A DNA stretch of 64,000 nucleotides from Octopus vulgaris (taxonomy: Eukaryota): the NCBI GenBank assembly GCA_951406725.2, contig OX597820.1, positions 90,768,001 to 90,832,000 on the forward strand. The letters run 5' to 3'. Below the pieces are notes generated by a model that was not told the origin of the DNA, made no database searches, and saw nothing but the letters and a program-made list of their open reading frames with translations. The position numbers were made by a program, and so were the translations under genes. Shown in pieces: positions 30,587-45,922 of the stretch; position 1 is the first letter of the stretch, and each line of letters opens with the position of its first letter.

Positions 30587-31459
30587 ATGTATATAGTCAT
30601 GTATATAAATGTATGTAGATGTTTATATATATGTGTGTGTGTGTGTGTGTGTGCTCGTGCTTATGTGTGTATGCGAATATGGTTATGCTCTCATTGTATT
30701 AGCTCTACATTAAAAAAAATAGCTGTTTGATTTGTAATATGTAAAATGTATTTTCTCTATATATATACCTTCTGTAGCAATTACCTTTAGCTTTCCTTAA
30801 AATATTAACCACTAGACTCAATTTGTATCAGACCGGTATTGCCGGTGGCACAGAGATTATAGCCAATATTGTTTTTTTTTACTGCTGCTTTTTCTGTGTG
30901 AGTGTGTGCGTGTGTGTGTATGTGTGTGAGAGAGAGGGAGAGGATATATGTATGTATGCATTCGTGTATCTTTGTTTGTTTGTGTATGTGTATTATGAAT
31001 GTATGTGTATTAGAGTAGTTTATTTTATGTATAATTATTATGAATTAGGTGATTATTATGTAATTCGCTATTAGATCTCAGCGATAATGATATTGAAAAT
31101 CTATGAAATAAACATTTCGATGATCAGATCTCGATTTCGATCTGGGTTTGAAAATCATATCTATTAATTGCTCTATCTATCTACGTATGTATGTATGTAT
31201 GTATGTATGTATGTATGTATGTATGTATGTATGTATGTATGTATGTATGTATGTATGTTTGTATGTATGTATGTATGTATGTATCTATCTATCTATCTAT
31301 ATATATATATATCTTTCTTTCTTTCTTTCTATTTAACTATCTTTTTGTCTCTCTGTCCGTGTGTTTAAATGGTCTATTTCTCTCTTTCTGTCCGCCATTC
31401 TGTCTATCTAAATATGACTTTCTCTCGGTACGTATACATATAAATGTGTGAACCTTTGA

Positions 31460-32320
31460 AATACCAAAAGAGAAAAAAAAGAAAGAAAAGAAAACAATCA
31501 AAGGAAAAAATGCCCGATGTGACCACGAAAACCCAAGTAAAATAAATTTTTACTTTGACCTCTAAAGTAATCACATTCTTCTGTTTACCTCCTCTGACCT
31601 GAGAGCACATGCTTTGACCATACTCGCCTCTCTTAGTCACCTTGTAACATATTTGCTTGGAAGCAACATTTACCACTTTGACGTCGTTTTGCTTTATGAG
31701 CAAAACCTGAAGAGAATAAGGGTTTAGCCTAGGAGGAAAGTGTCTGCCTTTAGGTTTTTAAGTCGCGCTTATGATATATAAATTTTTGCTATGCTCATGA
31801 AAAGAATTATAAATGCCTCCACACAAAAGACTCAGTTGATAAAGGGATCCATGTTATTCGTTTAAGTTTTCAGGTCACTTCACAAGTCAGCAATGCCCGG
31901 TTAGCGGAAGACTGTGTCCAGTATTCTTTAGCAGCGCTTCGGATATCTGGAACTAGTTTGGATGATGTCATTTCCATACTTGCAGCATTTATTTTGAGCT
32001 GTTCCTGTTACATCACCAGACAAGGTATTTTGAAGCTTCAAGTAGGAAATCCTTTGGAACAGATCAGCCATTTGACTTTTATCAATACGCAGAGTATCTT
32101 TGAGAACAATGTAATTTTTATCCACTACTGATATTCTATAAAACATGAACATAGAACTTCCATTACTTTATTTGCTCGACATGTGAAAAGTTGTGAGCTA
32201 TTGATGTCATTCTTTATGCTAAGTGATCTACATCGGTCTTCGATTGAGCCAGTACCGAAGCGCTGTCAAAGAGACGAGCTGCCGCATAACGCGCCAGACA
32301 AACGACATTTTTCATTCTTG
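31460..32320 (-). mobile_element. heavily decayed 3' end of an L1/Tx1-like LINE ORF2
   Basis: Interrupted minus-strand translation YPKRC...IADL*...FIILFMSIAK...ARLKNLKADTFLLG resembles the Cys-rich C-terminus of Tx1-type ORF2, followed by a pyrimidine-rich tail. Recognised from family memory only. Confidence 0.45.
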
Positions 32321-33169
32321 CTTGCCATAGCTGTGGTGACAATGGCAGCTCTTTTCTTGCCATCATACACTACTTTGTCTGCTGTTATTTATGTTAACCT
32401 TATTATCGCTAGCAACAGTACTCCAGTTGTTGATGATATTACTGTTTCTCTCATGTTGTTATCACTAATGCTATTTTAGTTGATGCTGTTGGTTATTTTG
32501 TTTTCTACATCCGTGGTGCGGGCAAGGTGTGACAATTTGTTGCTATTAGTCTCTTTGTGTCTATTTGTATAGTCGCCGATTTTATTGTGGTTGTTGTTGT
32601 TGTTGTCGTCGCTACGTATTTGTTACTGCCGCCGCCGCTCCGGTTAAGGCATTGAGTAAAAAAGAAATCCTCTTTCATGGCTAGCTAAACGGGAAGGTAT
32701 TCAGAAGTTGGTTCCACCTTCCTCTCCAATTCAGCCCAACCGCTTTACGCTCCAGTTGGCTGGCTGTTAAAAACACTGCCATTTAAAGTAATGTTTTTCG
32801 AAAACAAAAATGTAGAGGTTATGTCCGAATTTTTTTTTTAGCCCCCAAGCGAGTAAGAGACAAAGGAGTCAATCACCTCACCTGGTTTCTGGCTAGATTA
32901 ACAATAGGTAAATGACAGTTATTAACAATACAAATGTCTTTAGATATAGAATTTATTGACATACACTTGCCCAGCAATTGCGACTCTCTTATTACTACAA
33001 TAAACAGCAACAGCATCAACGACAATAATAATTATTAACTTAGAGCAATAATGATGGTGGTCGTGGTAGTGGTGGCGGCGGCGGCGATGGTGGTGGTGAG
33101 GATTATGATGATGATGATGATGATGATGATGGTGATGATGTTGACTTATAACATTGACACAGGAACACA

Positions 33170-33335
33170 TTTGGGTGGGGTGGGGCTAAAGACGTGGATG
33201 GGAGTAATCGAATTAAACGACCCCGAAAGATCTCTATTATTTAATTTATCGATCTCTGGTTAGGATGAAAAGGAATGCGAACACCGGTGGGATTTCAACG
33301 CCGAATATTAAAAGGGACGTACGGGAATACTACAC
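33170..33335 (-). mobile_element. old SINE family 2 fragment
   Basis: aatcgaattaaacgacccc...tttaatttatcgatc...aggatgaaaagg...ggtgggatttcaac aligns to the family 2 body. Confidence 0.55.
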
Positions 33336-33501
33336 GGCAATATTAGATCACTTGAGACAGGTAAAAGATTGAACTAGATTGATTGAACGTAGCAGCAAAT
33401 GGCGACTGCATTATAGTAAATCAGAACCACACACACACACACATGCACACGCACACACATGCACACACACACACAACTACTCAAGAATATACATAGATAT
33501 T

Positions 33502-33611
<110 letters not shown>

Positions 33612-34238
33612 TATATAACATTTTTTATCACAGAGATTTATATATACATGTAATCTTTCTCTAACCCAGTAAATTTTCCTTTCTCTTCTTTCTTTGTTTC
33701 TCTCCATTTCAGCATTAGTTGTCTCTGATATTTCATGTGTTCTTTCTTCTTTTTAGCTTCCTTTTATTTCTCTTTTATCTTTATTTATTGATTGATGTTT
33801 CAAAATTATTTGTCTTTTCTTAGCATCTTTCAGTGCATTATGCAGCTTGCTAACTTGCTAGCATAATAGTGTATTGGTTAAATTTATGTTCGTATCCTTT
33901 CTAACAACGCTGCACTCACTCCATACGATCTATTCAAACCTTAAGAACCGCCGCGTATACACAACGTATCGTTTCATACAGCAGGAGTACAAGTATATTT
34001 AACACAACTTGGACAAGCGTTAGTAGGAGTGTTGAGTCGGGTATTTAATTTGCGAGAAATAGCAGACAAGTTCCGTTGGGTCTAACGTTATCACTTTTTG
34101 AAAATCGTAAGAACGTTTTGGACAATGTAGTTTTAGATATTATAAGACAAGATGGTCACGGCTGAAATGCTTTTGTAACATGGAGTTAGTCAATTAAGTC
34201 TGAAGCGAATATAAAACGGCAAAATTCCATGAAGCTAA

Positions 34239-34318
34239 CACAGGGCAAGTGTCTTCTACTATAGCCTCGGACTGACCACAGCCTTGTGAGATTTGGTAGA
34301 CGAGAATTGAAAGAAGCC

Positions 34319-34388
<70 letters not shown>

Positions 34389-34660
34389 CACACACACACA
34401 TATATATATATATGTATGTACCTATGTGTGTAGCATTGCATCTGTGTTTTTCTCCCAACACTGCTTGACAACCTTTATTGGTGTATTTATATCACCGTAA
34501 TACTGCGGTTTGGCAAAAAAACCGATAGAATAAGTACTAGACTTAAAATAGAATTCCTAGGATTGATTTGGTCGATTAAAAAATCCCTTCTAGGTGGTGC
34601 TCTAGCATGGCCACAGTCAAGTGTCTGAAACAAGTTAGAAGATAAAAGAAAAGATAAAGG
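34239..34660 (+). mobile_element. 5'-truncated SINE family 1 copy
   Basis: gggcaagtgtcttctactatagcctcgg...gaaagaagccc, internal microsatellite, ccgatagaataagtact...gcatggccacagtcaa. Confidence 0.88.
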
Positions 34661-34743
34661 GTAGTATCGATTTAGAAACGAAGACAGCTTTGGATTACAT
34701 GCGTTCCTTGTATTGCGTCTGAATTCACTGGATGGTCACGGCT

Positions 34744-35150
34744 AGTGGCTGTGTGGTAAGTAGCTTGCTTACCAACCACATGGTTCTAGGTTCAATCCCG
34801 CTGCGTGGGAACTGGGGCAAGTGTCTTCTACTATAGCCTTGGGCCGACCAAGGCCTTGTGAGTGGATTTGGTAGACGGAAACTGAAAGAAACCCGCTGTA
34901 TGTATATATATATATATATATATACATATATATGTGTGTGTGTGTGTGTGCGTGTGTGTATGTGTATATGTTTGTGTGTCTGTGTTTATGTCCCCGTCAC
35001 TTAGCGGTTCGGCAAAAAGAGACCGATAGAATAAGTACTAGGCTTACAAAGACTAAGTCCTGGCGTCGATTTGCTCGACTAAAAGCGGTGCTCCAGCATG
35101 GCCACAGTCAAATCAATGAAACAAGTAAAAGAGTAAAATAGTAAAAATAG
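34744..35150 (+). mobile_element. SINE family 1 copy
   Basis: A box gtggctgtgtggta, B box ggttcaatccc, core ggggcaagtgtcttctactatagcc, tail gaaacaagtaaaagagtaaaa. Confidence 0.92.
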
Positions 35151-35384
35151 CGTATATGTCTGGCCAGTCAGAACTGAGACAACAACTATGTACTCAGCAA
35201 TACTAATTTTCTATCTTGCTTCCTTTTCATTTCATCTCTTACTTCATCTTATTTTCTTCCTTATACCACACATCCTTCCTTCCTTCCATTCCACTGACAC
35301 CTCCCTCCTTTACACTATCTTTCAATAATATCTCTCACATGACGGATCCTCTTACTGATCATTGAACCTGATAGTATTCGTCTC

Positions 35385-35505
35385 CAACATTAGATAATGT
35401 AGTTTTAGATAAGTCATAAACAGGTGGAATGGACACGGCTAGAACGCCTTTTATCATAGATCTTATTCATCGCTGATGACCTGGGGTTAAATAATAACAA
35501 TAACT
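35385..35505 (+). repeat. fragment of an ancient dispersed repeat (related pieces at ~13345-13500, 13560-13630, 34050-34190; reverse pieces ~27420 and ~38970)
   Basis: Shared motifs ataatgtagttttagata...tgg(t/a)cacggct(a/g)gaa(c/t)gc(c/t)ttt and gaaatagcag-caaat. Confidence 0.55.
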
Positions 35506-35672
35506 CAGTTTTCTTTCACGCATGACCGATAGGTTTCTAACAGGTCCTTATACGTTTCTCTTCGTTCGTCTTCCCATTCCTTTACGCTTTTCTAAATAAT
35601 TATTTTTTCTGTATCTGTTCTCGTCTTTTCTTTTAACGTTTTCTATCTGTTTATCTATTTATTTACTACATA

Positions 35673-36088
35673 TAGGCGCAGGAATGGCTGTGTGGTAAGT
35701 AGCTTGTTTACCAACCACATGGTTTCGGATTCAGTCCCACTGCGTGGCACCTTAGGCAAGTGTCTTCTGCTATAGCCTCGGGCCGACCAAAGCCTTGTGA
35801 GTGGATTTGGTAGACGGAAACTGAAAGAAACCCGTCGTACATATGTATATATATATGTATGCGTGTGTGTGTGTGTGTGTCTGTGTTTGTCCCCCTAGCA
35901 TTGCTTGACAACCGATGCTGGTGCATTTATGTCCCCATTACTTAGCGGTTCGGCAAAAGAGACGGATAGAATAAGTACTGGGCTTACAAAAGAATAAGTC
36001 CCGGGGTCGAGTTGCTCGATTAAAGGCGGTGCTCCAGCATGGCCGCAGTCAAATGACTGAAACAAGTAAAAGAGAAAAGAGTAAAAGA
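35673..36088 (+). mobile_element. SINE family 1, full-length young copy (tRNA-derived, CORE-like)
   Basis: taggcgcaggaatggctgtgtggtaag (A box), ggattcagtccc (B box), ggcaccttaggcaagtgtcttc (resembles the CORE start gtgaccttgggcaagt), internal (TA)(TG), A-rich repeated tail. Confidence 0.94.
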
Positions 36089-36405
36089 TATCTTTCTTCC
36101 TTTTTCGTATGAGAATGGTTATTCACTATTTTCGCTTATGTTCTTTCAAAAATATGCCACTTGATGTCGCTTGTATTTCTTATTATTTGTTCTGATTGGA
36201 AAAATAAACTTTCGGACACTTAACTTCCATTTTTTATTGGCTTAAGTCACTAGGCTGCTGGAAGAGTGATCAAAAGTACTGAACGACAATACCAGCCACT
36301 TATTTCAGACTGGAAATTGTTATGTCAATCACTACCGGTAAGTGAAACATTTGACAGAAGGAGACTGAAGATGACACACCGATCTCGACCTATATACATG
36401 AACTT

Positions 36406-36464
<59 letters not shown>

Positions 36465-36636
36465 CACACACACGCACATACACACGCACACACGCTCGCA
36501 CACACAAACAAACAAGCAAACAAAAACACACATACGCGTACCTTCATGAGCATGCTTCTGTATATACATAATTATTTCATCGGGTCAGTCAATAGAATTT
36601 TGTTCAGATAGATTCTTTGTGATCTGTGTGTGAGTG

Positions 36637-36670
<34 letters not shown>

Positions 36671-36674
<4 letters not shown>

Positions 36675-37040
36675 TTGGCATCCTTTTTGTCTCGGGAGAC
36701 AATGAGGTTGCGCATAAAGTAGTCTAGTCCGGCTTTTACGTTTCATGTCCTGATACATTTCCTGCTGTGGCTGTGTAGTCCTATCCTGGACAAACACTCC
36801 CTCTGGCAGGTACCGCAAATGTAGCGAAGACTGTTCCTGGCTGGTTGTAATGCCATAGTTTCTTGTTGACGTCTTTTCTTGTCTTTCCATTTCTCCTCTC
36901 TCTCTCTGTCACTCCTTTGTATTCCCTCTCTTACGGTACGTCGCCAGTCTCAACGGTTGCCGGCAACTGCCTCCCAACCGCTAATATTGATGTTGCAGGC
37001 CTTCATGTCCCTTTTGCAAACATCCTTGTAACGTAAGAGC
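36671..37040 (-). mobile_element. 3' end of an RTE (BovB-like) LINE
   Basis: Minus-strand frame LRYKDVCKRDMKACNINISGWEAVAGNR*DWRRTVREG...YICGTCQRECLSRIGLHSHSRKCIRT*, with the C-terminal Cys/His finger typical of RTE elements; short 3' UTR ending gatgccaaccaa at a TA run. Confidence 0.88.
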
Positions 37041-37206
37041 GTATATATAACGAGAGAGAGAGAGAGGGGGGAGTATTACATATATACCAATATACGTGTA
37101 CACGAATAACTCATACACCTAAATATATGCATATATGAGATATACATATATGCGTGATATATGTATGCGTGTATTTATGTACGTATGTAGGTACTTATAT
37201 ATGAAA

Positions 37207-37612
37207 TAGGTGCTGGTGTAGATATGTAATATGATGTTTGTTTCCCAACCATGTGATTCTGCGTTCAGTCCCACTGCATGACAGCTCGGTCAAAAGTCTT
37301 CAACTAAAGCACTGGGCTGAGCAAAGCCATGTGAGTGATTTACTAGATGTACTCTGATTTGGTAGACGGAAACTGAAAGAAGCTGTGTTTTTGCGTGTGT
37401 GTGAGAATTTGTGCATGTCTCACCCACCATCTCCCGCCTACCATTGGTTGGTTTTTCTTTATGACCACGTAGCCTAGCGTTTCGACGAACAATACCAGAT
37501 TGTGTAAATACTAGAACTAAAACATAATTACTTGGGTTGCTGTATCGACTAAACCTTTTAAGGCCTTTTGATCCAGTATGGCCGTAGTCCAATGCCTGAA
37601 ACAATGAAAAGA
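37207..37612 (+). mobile_element. older SINE family 1 copy, tail-to-tail with the next copy
   Basis: taggtgctggtgt...gttcagtcccactgc...gatttggtagacggaaactgaaagaagc...ccagtatggccgtagtc. Confidence 0.8.
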
Positions 37613-37620
37613 TATATATA

Positions 37621-38019
37621 CTCTTTTTTACTATTTTACTTGTTTCAGTCATTTTTGACTGCGGCCATGCTGGAGCACCGCCTTTAGTCGAGCAACTCGA
37701 CCCCGGGACTTATTCTTTGTAAGCCCAGTACTTTCTCTATCGGTGTCTTTTGCCGAACCGCTAAGTGACGGGGACGTAAACACACCAGCATCGGTTGTCA
37801 AGCAATGCTAGGGGGACAGACACACACACATACATATATATATATACACATATACGACAGGCTTCTTTCAGTTTCCGTCTACCAAATCCACTCACAAGGC
37901 TTTGGTCGGCCCGAGGCTATAGCAGAAGACACTTGCCCAAGATGCCACGCAGTGGGACTGAACCCGGAATCATGTGGTTGGTTAGCAAGCTACTTACCAC
38001 TCAGCCACTCCTGCGCCTA
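37621..38019 (-). mobile_element. SINE family 1, full-length young copy
   Basis: Reverse complement closely matches 35673-36088 over head, core and tail. Confidence 0.94.
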
Positions 38020-38374
38020 TATGTATATATTTTATTTGAAGCTATGAATTATATACAATGACTAGCATGAGATATAGCGCGGGAGTCTATAATTGGAGAG
38101 TCTAGAGAAAGAAATCGAAAGTGAGAGATAACTTTCACAGTGACAATTAAAACGGATAGAGACAACGGTAGGTAGATGGATAGATGGATGTAAGCAAAAT
38201 TAGAAAGACAGATATCACAAAGAAAAGAATAGAAATTTAGACGGATAGAGGAATCTATAGGGAGAAAATGTGAGAAAGTTTGTTACAGAAAGAATGTGAT
38301 AAGGCAGAAGATAGATAGAGAAAACCTTAGGAAAGTAGGTGGAAAAATATAAAGAGAGAGTGATGGGGAGATGC

Positions 38375-38646
<272 letters not shown>

Positions 38647-40888
38647 TGTGTGTGTTTGTGTGTGTGTGAGAGAGAGATACAGACCAAAAGGTAGGGGGCG
38701 AAAGAGAGAGAGAGAGAAGTGGTTACACGATAAGGAAAGAAGCGAATGATAGCTGAATTGTATATGTGTGTGTTTGGGTTACAATAAATAACATAAGTGA
38801 CTGCATTGAAAATTATCATCCTCCATTGTCTACGTATATAGACAACGTAGATAATGTAGCCGTTACTAGAAAAAAAAATGTTTAAAGACGTCCCATCAGC
38901 GACCATTAGCTCTTCAATTTTTCAGACACAGCCCATTTGTCCAGCATGATATTTCTTTTTAAAGGCAATAGGCAGTGATTTGAAGAATTTAGTTGCAATT
39001 TCTAATTGATCGAACAATCTCGTAGAGCGACCCCTGTTGTTTTGTCTATGTACACAGTGTTATTCTAGTAGCAATAAATATTCTAGTATGCATTTAGGCT
39101 ATTTGTTCCTTTCTATAAACATATGGTAAGATGCTTGTTGAAGTGGTTTTATGATAACAGCCACTCTAACCTAGATGGCTGAACTGATTTCCGGCGTTCC
39201 GTTAGCTCGTTATGTTCATTGATATCGTTCACTGCTTTTATGCTATTTTTCTCACAACAGGTGAGAATGACTGTGGCTTCTTGCCATATTTCTATGACAA
39301 ATTATTATTTATCGACACATATCCACACCTCTCAATTCACATAATTGTATAACTAACTACATACACGTGTTTGTGTCGCATCTTTTCTCTCCCTTATCAA
39401 TTCCTGTGCATACCTACATACGTACATACAGATGTTTTTGTTATTTCAATATTTTTCTTGTTTCAGTCATTAGAATATGGCCACACTGGAGCGCCTCCTT
39501 GAATGCTTTTAGTTGATTATATCTTATATGATTCATCAATATAGTTATGGAACATAAAGACAACATAAATAGAGTTAAAGATACACACTCATATACACAA
39601 AATAATATATGACGAATTTCTACATTCTTTCAGTCAACGAAATTTTATTCACAGGTTATGCATCAATCCACGTTAATGGTAGAAGAAACAAATGGATTTC
39701 CAACAAATCCGAGTTCTGCCTTACGTGGATTGCAGTTTTTATGATGTACAGCAAAACTATATATTTATTTTGGGTCTTGTAATCTAAAGAACGATAAGTA
39801 GTAAGAATCCGTACAACTGTAGTTACAAGTAAATGGGTTTTGTTGTAGTAGTATTGAAGTAAGTGAGATTGTATTAGATAAGTATTTGGGTAAAAATAGA
39901 TATAAATACAATATGAAATTTTATTTGGTTGTATAATATTAAAGAGTTTATGGTAATTATTGTGATGGACGTGATTCTTAGGCAAAATTAAAAATTAATA
40001 ATAATCTACTATGGTTGCAGGGGCTAAATTAAAACAGGAATTGTAACACATGAAATGTGTCATTTTCTATTTCTGTTTTCATTCTCGTAGCATTTTCAAC
40101 GTACCTTATCATTTCCTTGAAACCGTTTTATTTTTAGAAGCGAAAATCTTTAAATTGCAGTGCTAACATGGACTCGATTTCATCTAATGCTGATTTCTGC
40201 CAGCATGCCACGCTCTTATATTGTACAATACAAGCTAAATACTAGCTCAGCCATTGGGCTGTGATGACAAAGAGAATGATATATCTGTTACAGTACGCTG
40301 CAGTAATATCAATAGTATCTGTCTGTAGCATTCTATGTTGCAACCGGCACAACACATATATCATTCATTCACACCTATACACTCATTCTTCCTACATGCA
40401 ATACACATTAAAAGAGATAATGCAAGAGGAACGCTTAACTTCCTTTCATGATTTCATTAGGATATGTAACATATACACAGTGTCATAGGTCTGTATTGCA
40501 TGACACGCACCTATGACATCATGCACACAGTACTTATGAATATGGTTACTGCGTTAAGTTATGGCAATTTTAAAACAGTTGTAGAGATAAGGCTTTATTT
40601 AATCCTGTTCTGTACTCTTTTCCCTTCATTCTGTAATCTGTATTTAGTGTTCCATGTAAATGAAGATACATCTCACGCCAAATTGGTTTCACGCACCTTA
40701 CTACCTTCACAACAGCTGAATGAGGATTTTTCTTATGGTTAAGTTACGTGGGGAGGCACCGGCTCTGGATAAAGGAGTTGTATTTTAAGATTCCACACGT
40801 TTGTGCACTCCCTGTGTTATCTTATACCAACCTTATTTCCCTTAATACATATATTAATATTTATATTAATATATACGTTAATACAATA

Positions 40889-40967
<79 letters not shown>

Positions 40968-41578
40968 CTGTGTGTCTGTGTGTGTTGATTAAATACGTGT
41001 GTGTGCGTCAGTGTGTGTTGATTAAATATTTTTGCATCCATCTACATCTGAAAATTAATGAAAATTTTTGATCGGCAGAATTACTGCAGTAGTCATGCGG
41101 AAATAACATGTCTTATGTACATGCTATGTTTACAAGCACAATTTCTGTCACGGGGTTTGGACAGAATTATCCAGTCAGCGTATAGTATAGTGGTTAGTCT
41201 ACCACTGTACTTAGTAGTGTTTTAATCGTGATATTCAGAGCATAAAAATGCAAAGTTAAGATAAATAGAAGTAGGAATTATTAGTTCATACAAGAATTTC
41301 ACGATTGTAGTTATTGAAAAATTAGCACTGGAATTCTCCGCGTGTATTTGAACTCCTATCACCCATGGATCATGACTATTCGCAATGCATCAGTTACCAT
41401 TCGGCATCCAAATGCACTTGGAACGTTCAATGTAGAGTTCCAAGTTGCTACAATGGTGAAACCTGCATATAATTATCTTAATTCCCAACTCTGTGTTATA
41501 TATATATATATATATATATATATTCATGCATAAGTGTAATATATATATGCACATAAACATATTATTTTATGTAATTTT

Positions 41579-41920
41579 ATGTGGCACCTTGGCCAAGTGT
41601 CTTCTACTATAGCCGACCAAAGCCTTGTGAGTGCATTTGCCAGATGGAAACTGGAAGAAGCACGTCGTATACATATATGTGTGGTGTGTATGTGTGTGTG
41701 CAATTTTGCCTCTGTGTTTGTCCCCCACCATTGCTTGACAACCGATTTTGATGTGTTTACGTTCCCGTAACTTAGCGGTTCGGTAAAATAAAGACCGAGA
41801 GATTATGTACTAGGCTTACAAAGAATAAGTTCTGGGGTCAATTCGTTCGACTTGAGGCGGTGCTCCAGCATGGCCGTAGTCAAATGATTGAAACAATTAA
41901 AAGAAAAGAATAAAAGAATA
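41579..41920 (+). mobile_element. 5'-truncated SINE family 1 copy
   Basis: gtggcaccttggccaagtgtcttctactatagcc...ggcggtgctccagcatggccgtagtcaaatg. Confidence 0.9.
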
Positions 41921-42562
41921 TATATCTACATACGTATATATTGTACAAAAGCATGCTAAGAACGAGCGTCGACGTAGTGTCTTCACATGCTTGTTACACC
42001 ATACAAATTACTCCAATTCGCTATATGACGAGACAGATTAGAGAACGTGGTCCCGTGTGTTCTAACCCATTAATCTTTGGTTTGTTCGCTCAGCGCTGAC
42101 CTGAAGCAAAACGGCAACAACACGCACAATTATAAAATCAACATATCTAATGCATATATTATTAATTTCAGTAATTTCTAAATCAAATTCTCTTTCATAT
42201 CATTTATGATGATATCTATGAAAATATTATCATTCGCTACTTTCCATTTAGGTAGCTTACAAATCTCTTTTTTTTTTCTTTTTCGTTACTAGTTTCAGTT
42301 ATTGGACTACGACAGTACGAGGACATCACTTTCAAATGTTTTTGTTTCAATCATAGACACAACTGCTCTTTTTCAATCTATTAATTCTCTCATTGATCTC
42401 TATGCAGAGAAACGTTAACTTCTCTTTTTAACGTGTCCTTTTACGTGTCATTAACATTCATACAAGCAAATACACTGGAAGCGGAATATTGTCATCACTT
42501 TCGGCCGATGTCTTTTCCACAACAAAGACCGGCTGTTAACATTGATCCAATGAGTTGGGACC

Positions 42563-43095
42563 CATCATCATCATCATCATCATTGTTCGACCGTGGTCGA
42601 GATAATGGAATTTACCATGCTACGCCAGACTTCACGGTCCATCATGGCATTACGGAGGTCCTGTTGCCGGATGCCTGTATCCCTGGAGATTACATCAGGA
42701 TAGGAGAGTGTGCTCCCTATGGTATTGCGAGTAGATGGCTTCCAGAGGAGAAGAGTAGAAATTACCTCTTTTTCACCTCTACAACAATGTCCAGCAAACT
42801 GGACTCTCTTACCTTTCACAAGAGATTACACAGGTGGTAGTTTCCCATATGTTTGCATTTTGGTTGGATGGCGCTTCCACAAGAGATTTTGAGCTCTCAT
42901 AAGGAGGCGAGTGTAGGTTCCATCCAACCGCCTCTCAAGCTTCTTTGATAACGTCCAGGTTTCTGAGCCATATAGTAGAATTGGTTCGACTGTGGCTTTG
43001 AAGATTTCAAGTTTGAAGTCTCTACTTAGATTTGATGACCAGATATTATGCATGTCATTACAAGCTGAACAGGCCATACACTTTCTAGTTATGAT
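42563..43095 (-). mobile_element. 5'-truncated RTE-like LINE (post-RT C-terminus) with (TGA)n tail
   Basis: ORFs KLEIFKATVEPILLYGSETWTLSKKLERRLDGTYTRLL and RVQFAGHCCR...LLLWKP...AMMDREVWRSMV separated by one frameshift; the stop codon is the first TGA of the tail. Confidence 0.9.
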
Positions 43096-43155
43096 ATGAG
43101 CTTTTACGGGTGTTGCCCTTCATTATATGCTGTTTTCATTATATGAGAAGATAAG

Positions 43156-43325
43156 TAGGCGCAGGTGTGGCTGTGTGGTAAGAAGCTTGCTTCCCAACCA
43201 CATGGTTCCGGTTTCAGTCCATCAGTGTGACACCTTCGGTAAATGTCCTCTGCTATAGCCTCAGTTTGACCTGAACCATATGAGTGGATTTGGTAGACGG
43301 ATACTTAAAGAAGTCCGTCGTATAT
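43156..43325 (+). mobile_element. SINE family 1, head and core only
   Basis: taggcgcaggtgtggctgtgtggtaagaagcttgcttcccaaccacatggttcc...ggatttggtagacgga. Confidence 0.88.
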
Positions 43326-44196
43326 ACCAGGTCATTCAATAAGTTCTCTCCGAATTTTGAATAAAGAAAATGTTATGTCGCAAGTTCAGATGCCTCTACT
43401 ACTTAACTCAACTCCACTCTACTCTGACCTCGACGTCTAGGCTTCTCCCTCTATATCTAAGTTTTGGGCTAGCCTACTTCATCGCCTGGGGGCGTCCTCA
43501 CAATAGAAAACAAGTGATCAAATGTTATATTGAATTCAAAATTAATCATCAATGTACTTTCCCTTATTTTCTATGACTTCCTTCCATCTATCATTTATGA
43601 TGATATCTATACAGAATATTATCATTCGCATACTTTAGCAAGCAAGGAGGAGTTCAAAACTGACATTTCAGAGTTCTTCGCTTTGAAACCAAAGGGGTCT
43701 CATACAGTAGTGTCGAACCCGGATCTGAGCGGTAACTAAACGAAATACTTAAAGCAATGTCGGTAATTATGCGCTGATATACATTATATAACAATATATT
43801 TTATGATCTGTCTCCTTGGTTGGGGTGTAAATGTAACAACTTCTCCGTGTGCTTGAAAGCAAACTCGAGGTGCAAAACGAAACTGTCTCATAAATTTATT
43901 GCGATGAAAAGCTCCAATCCAATGCCATTAAATCAAGAAATATTAAATAAAACAGGACATATTTAGATTGAGTCATTTACCAACAACAACTTCGGATGAT
44001 TAAAAGACAGCTTAAATAATCAAATTCATACAAATGCAGTTGTTGCACAAAATTTCTTTACTATGTGCATGAAATGAAATTACATACGGAATAGTCATTG
44101 TTAAAATAATATTGTTAAAATTATAAAGAATACAAGATATTTTGTCATTCGAAGTAAAACTGGAAACAAAAAAATTAAAAATAAAATAACAACTAC

Positions 44197-45922
<1,726 letters not shown>

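Noticed and set aside
39212-39785. Apparent two-exon signal-peptide gene (MFIDIVHCFYAIFLTTG|YASIH...)
   Set aside because: The second exon and its acceptor lie in a decayed minus-strand family 1 SINE (ttcacaggttatg...gtagaagaaac), and the cag/gtgaga site could equally be an acceptor.
42433-42840. 135-aa plus-strand ORF
   Set aside because: It is antisense to the RTE-like LINE fragment.
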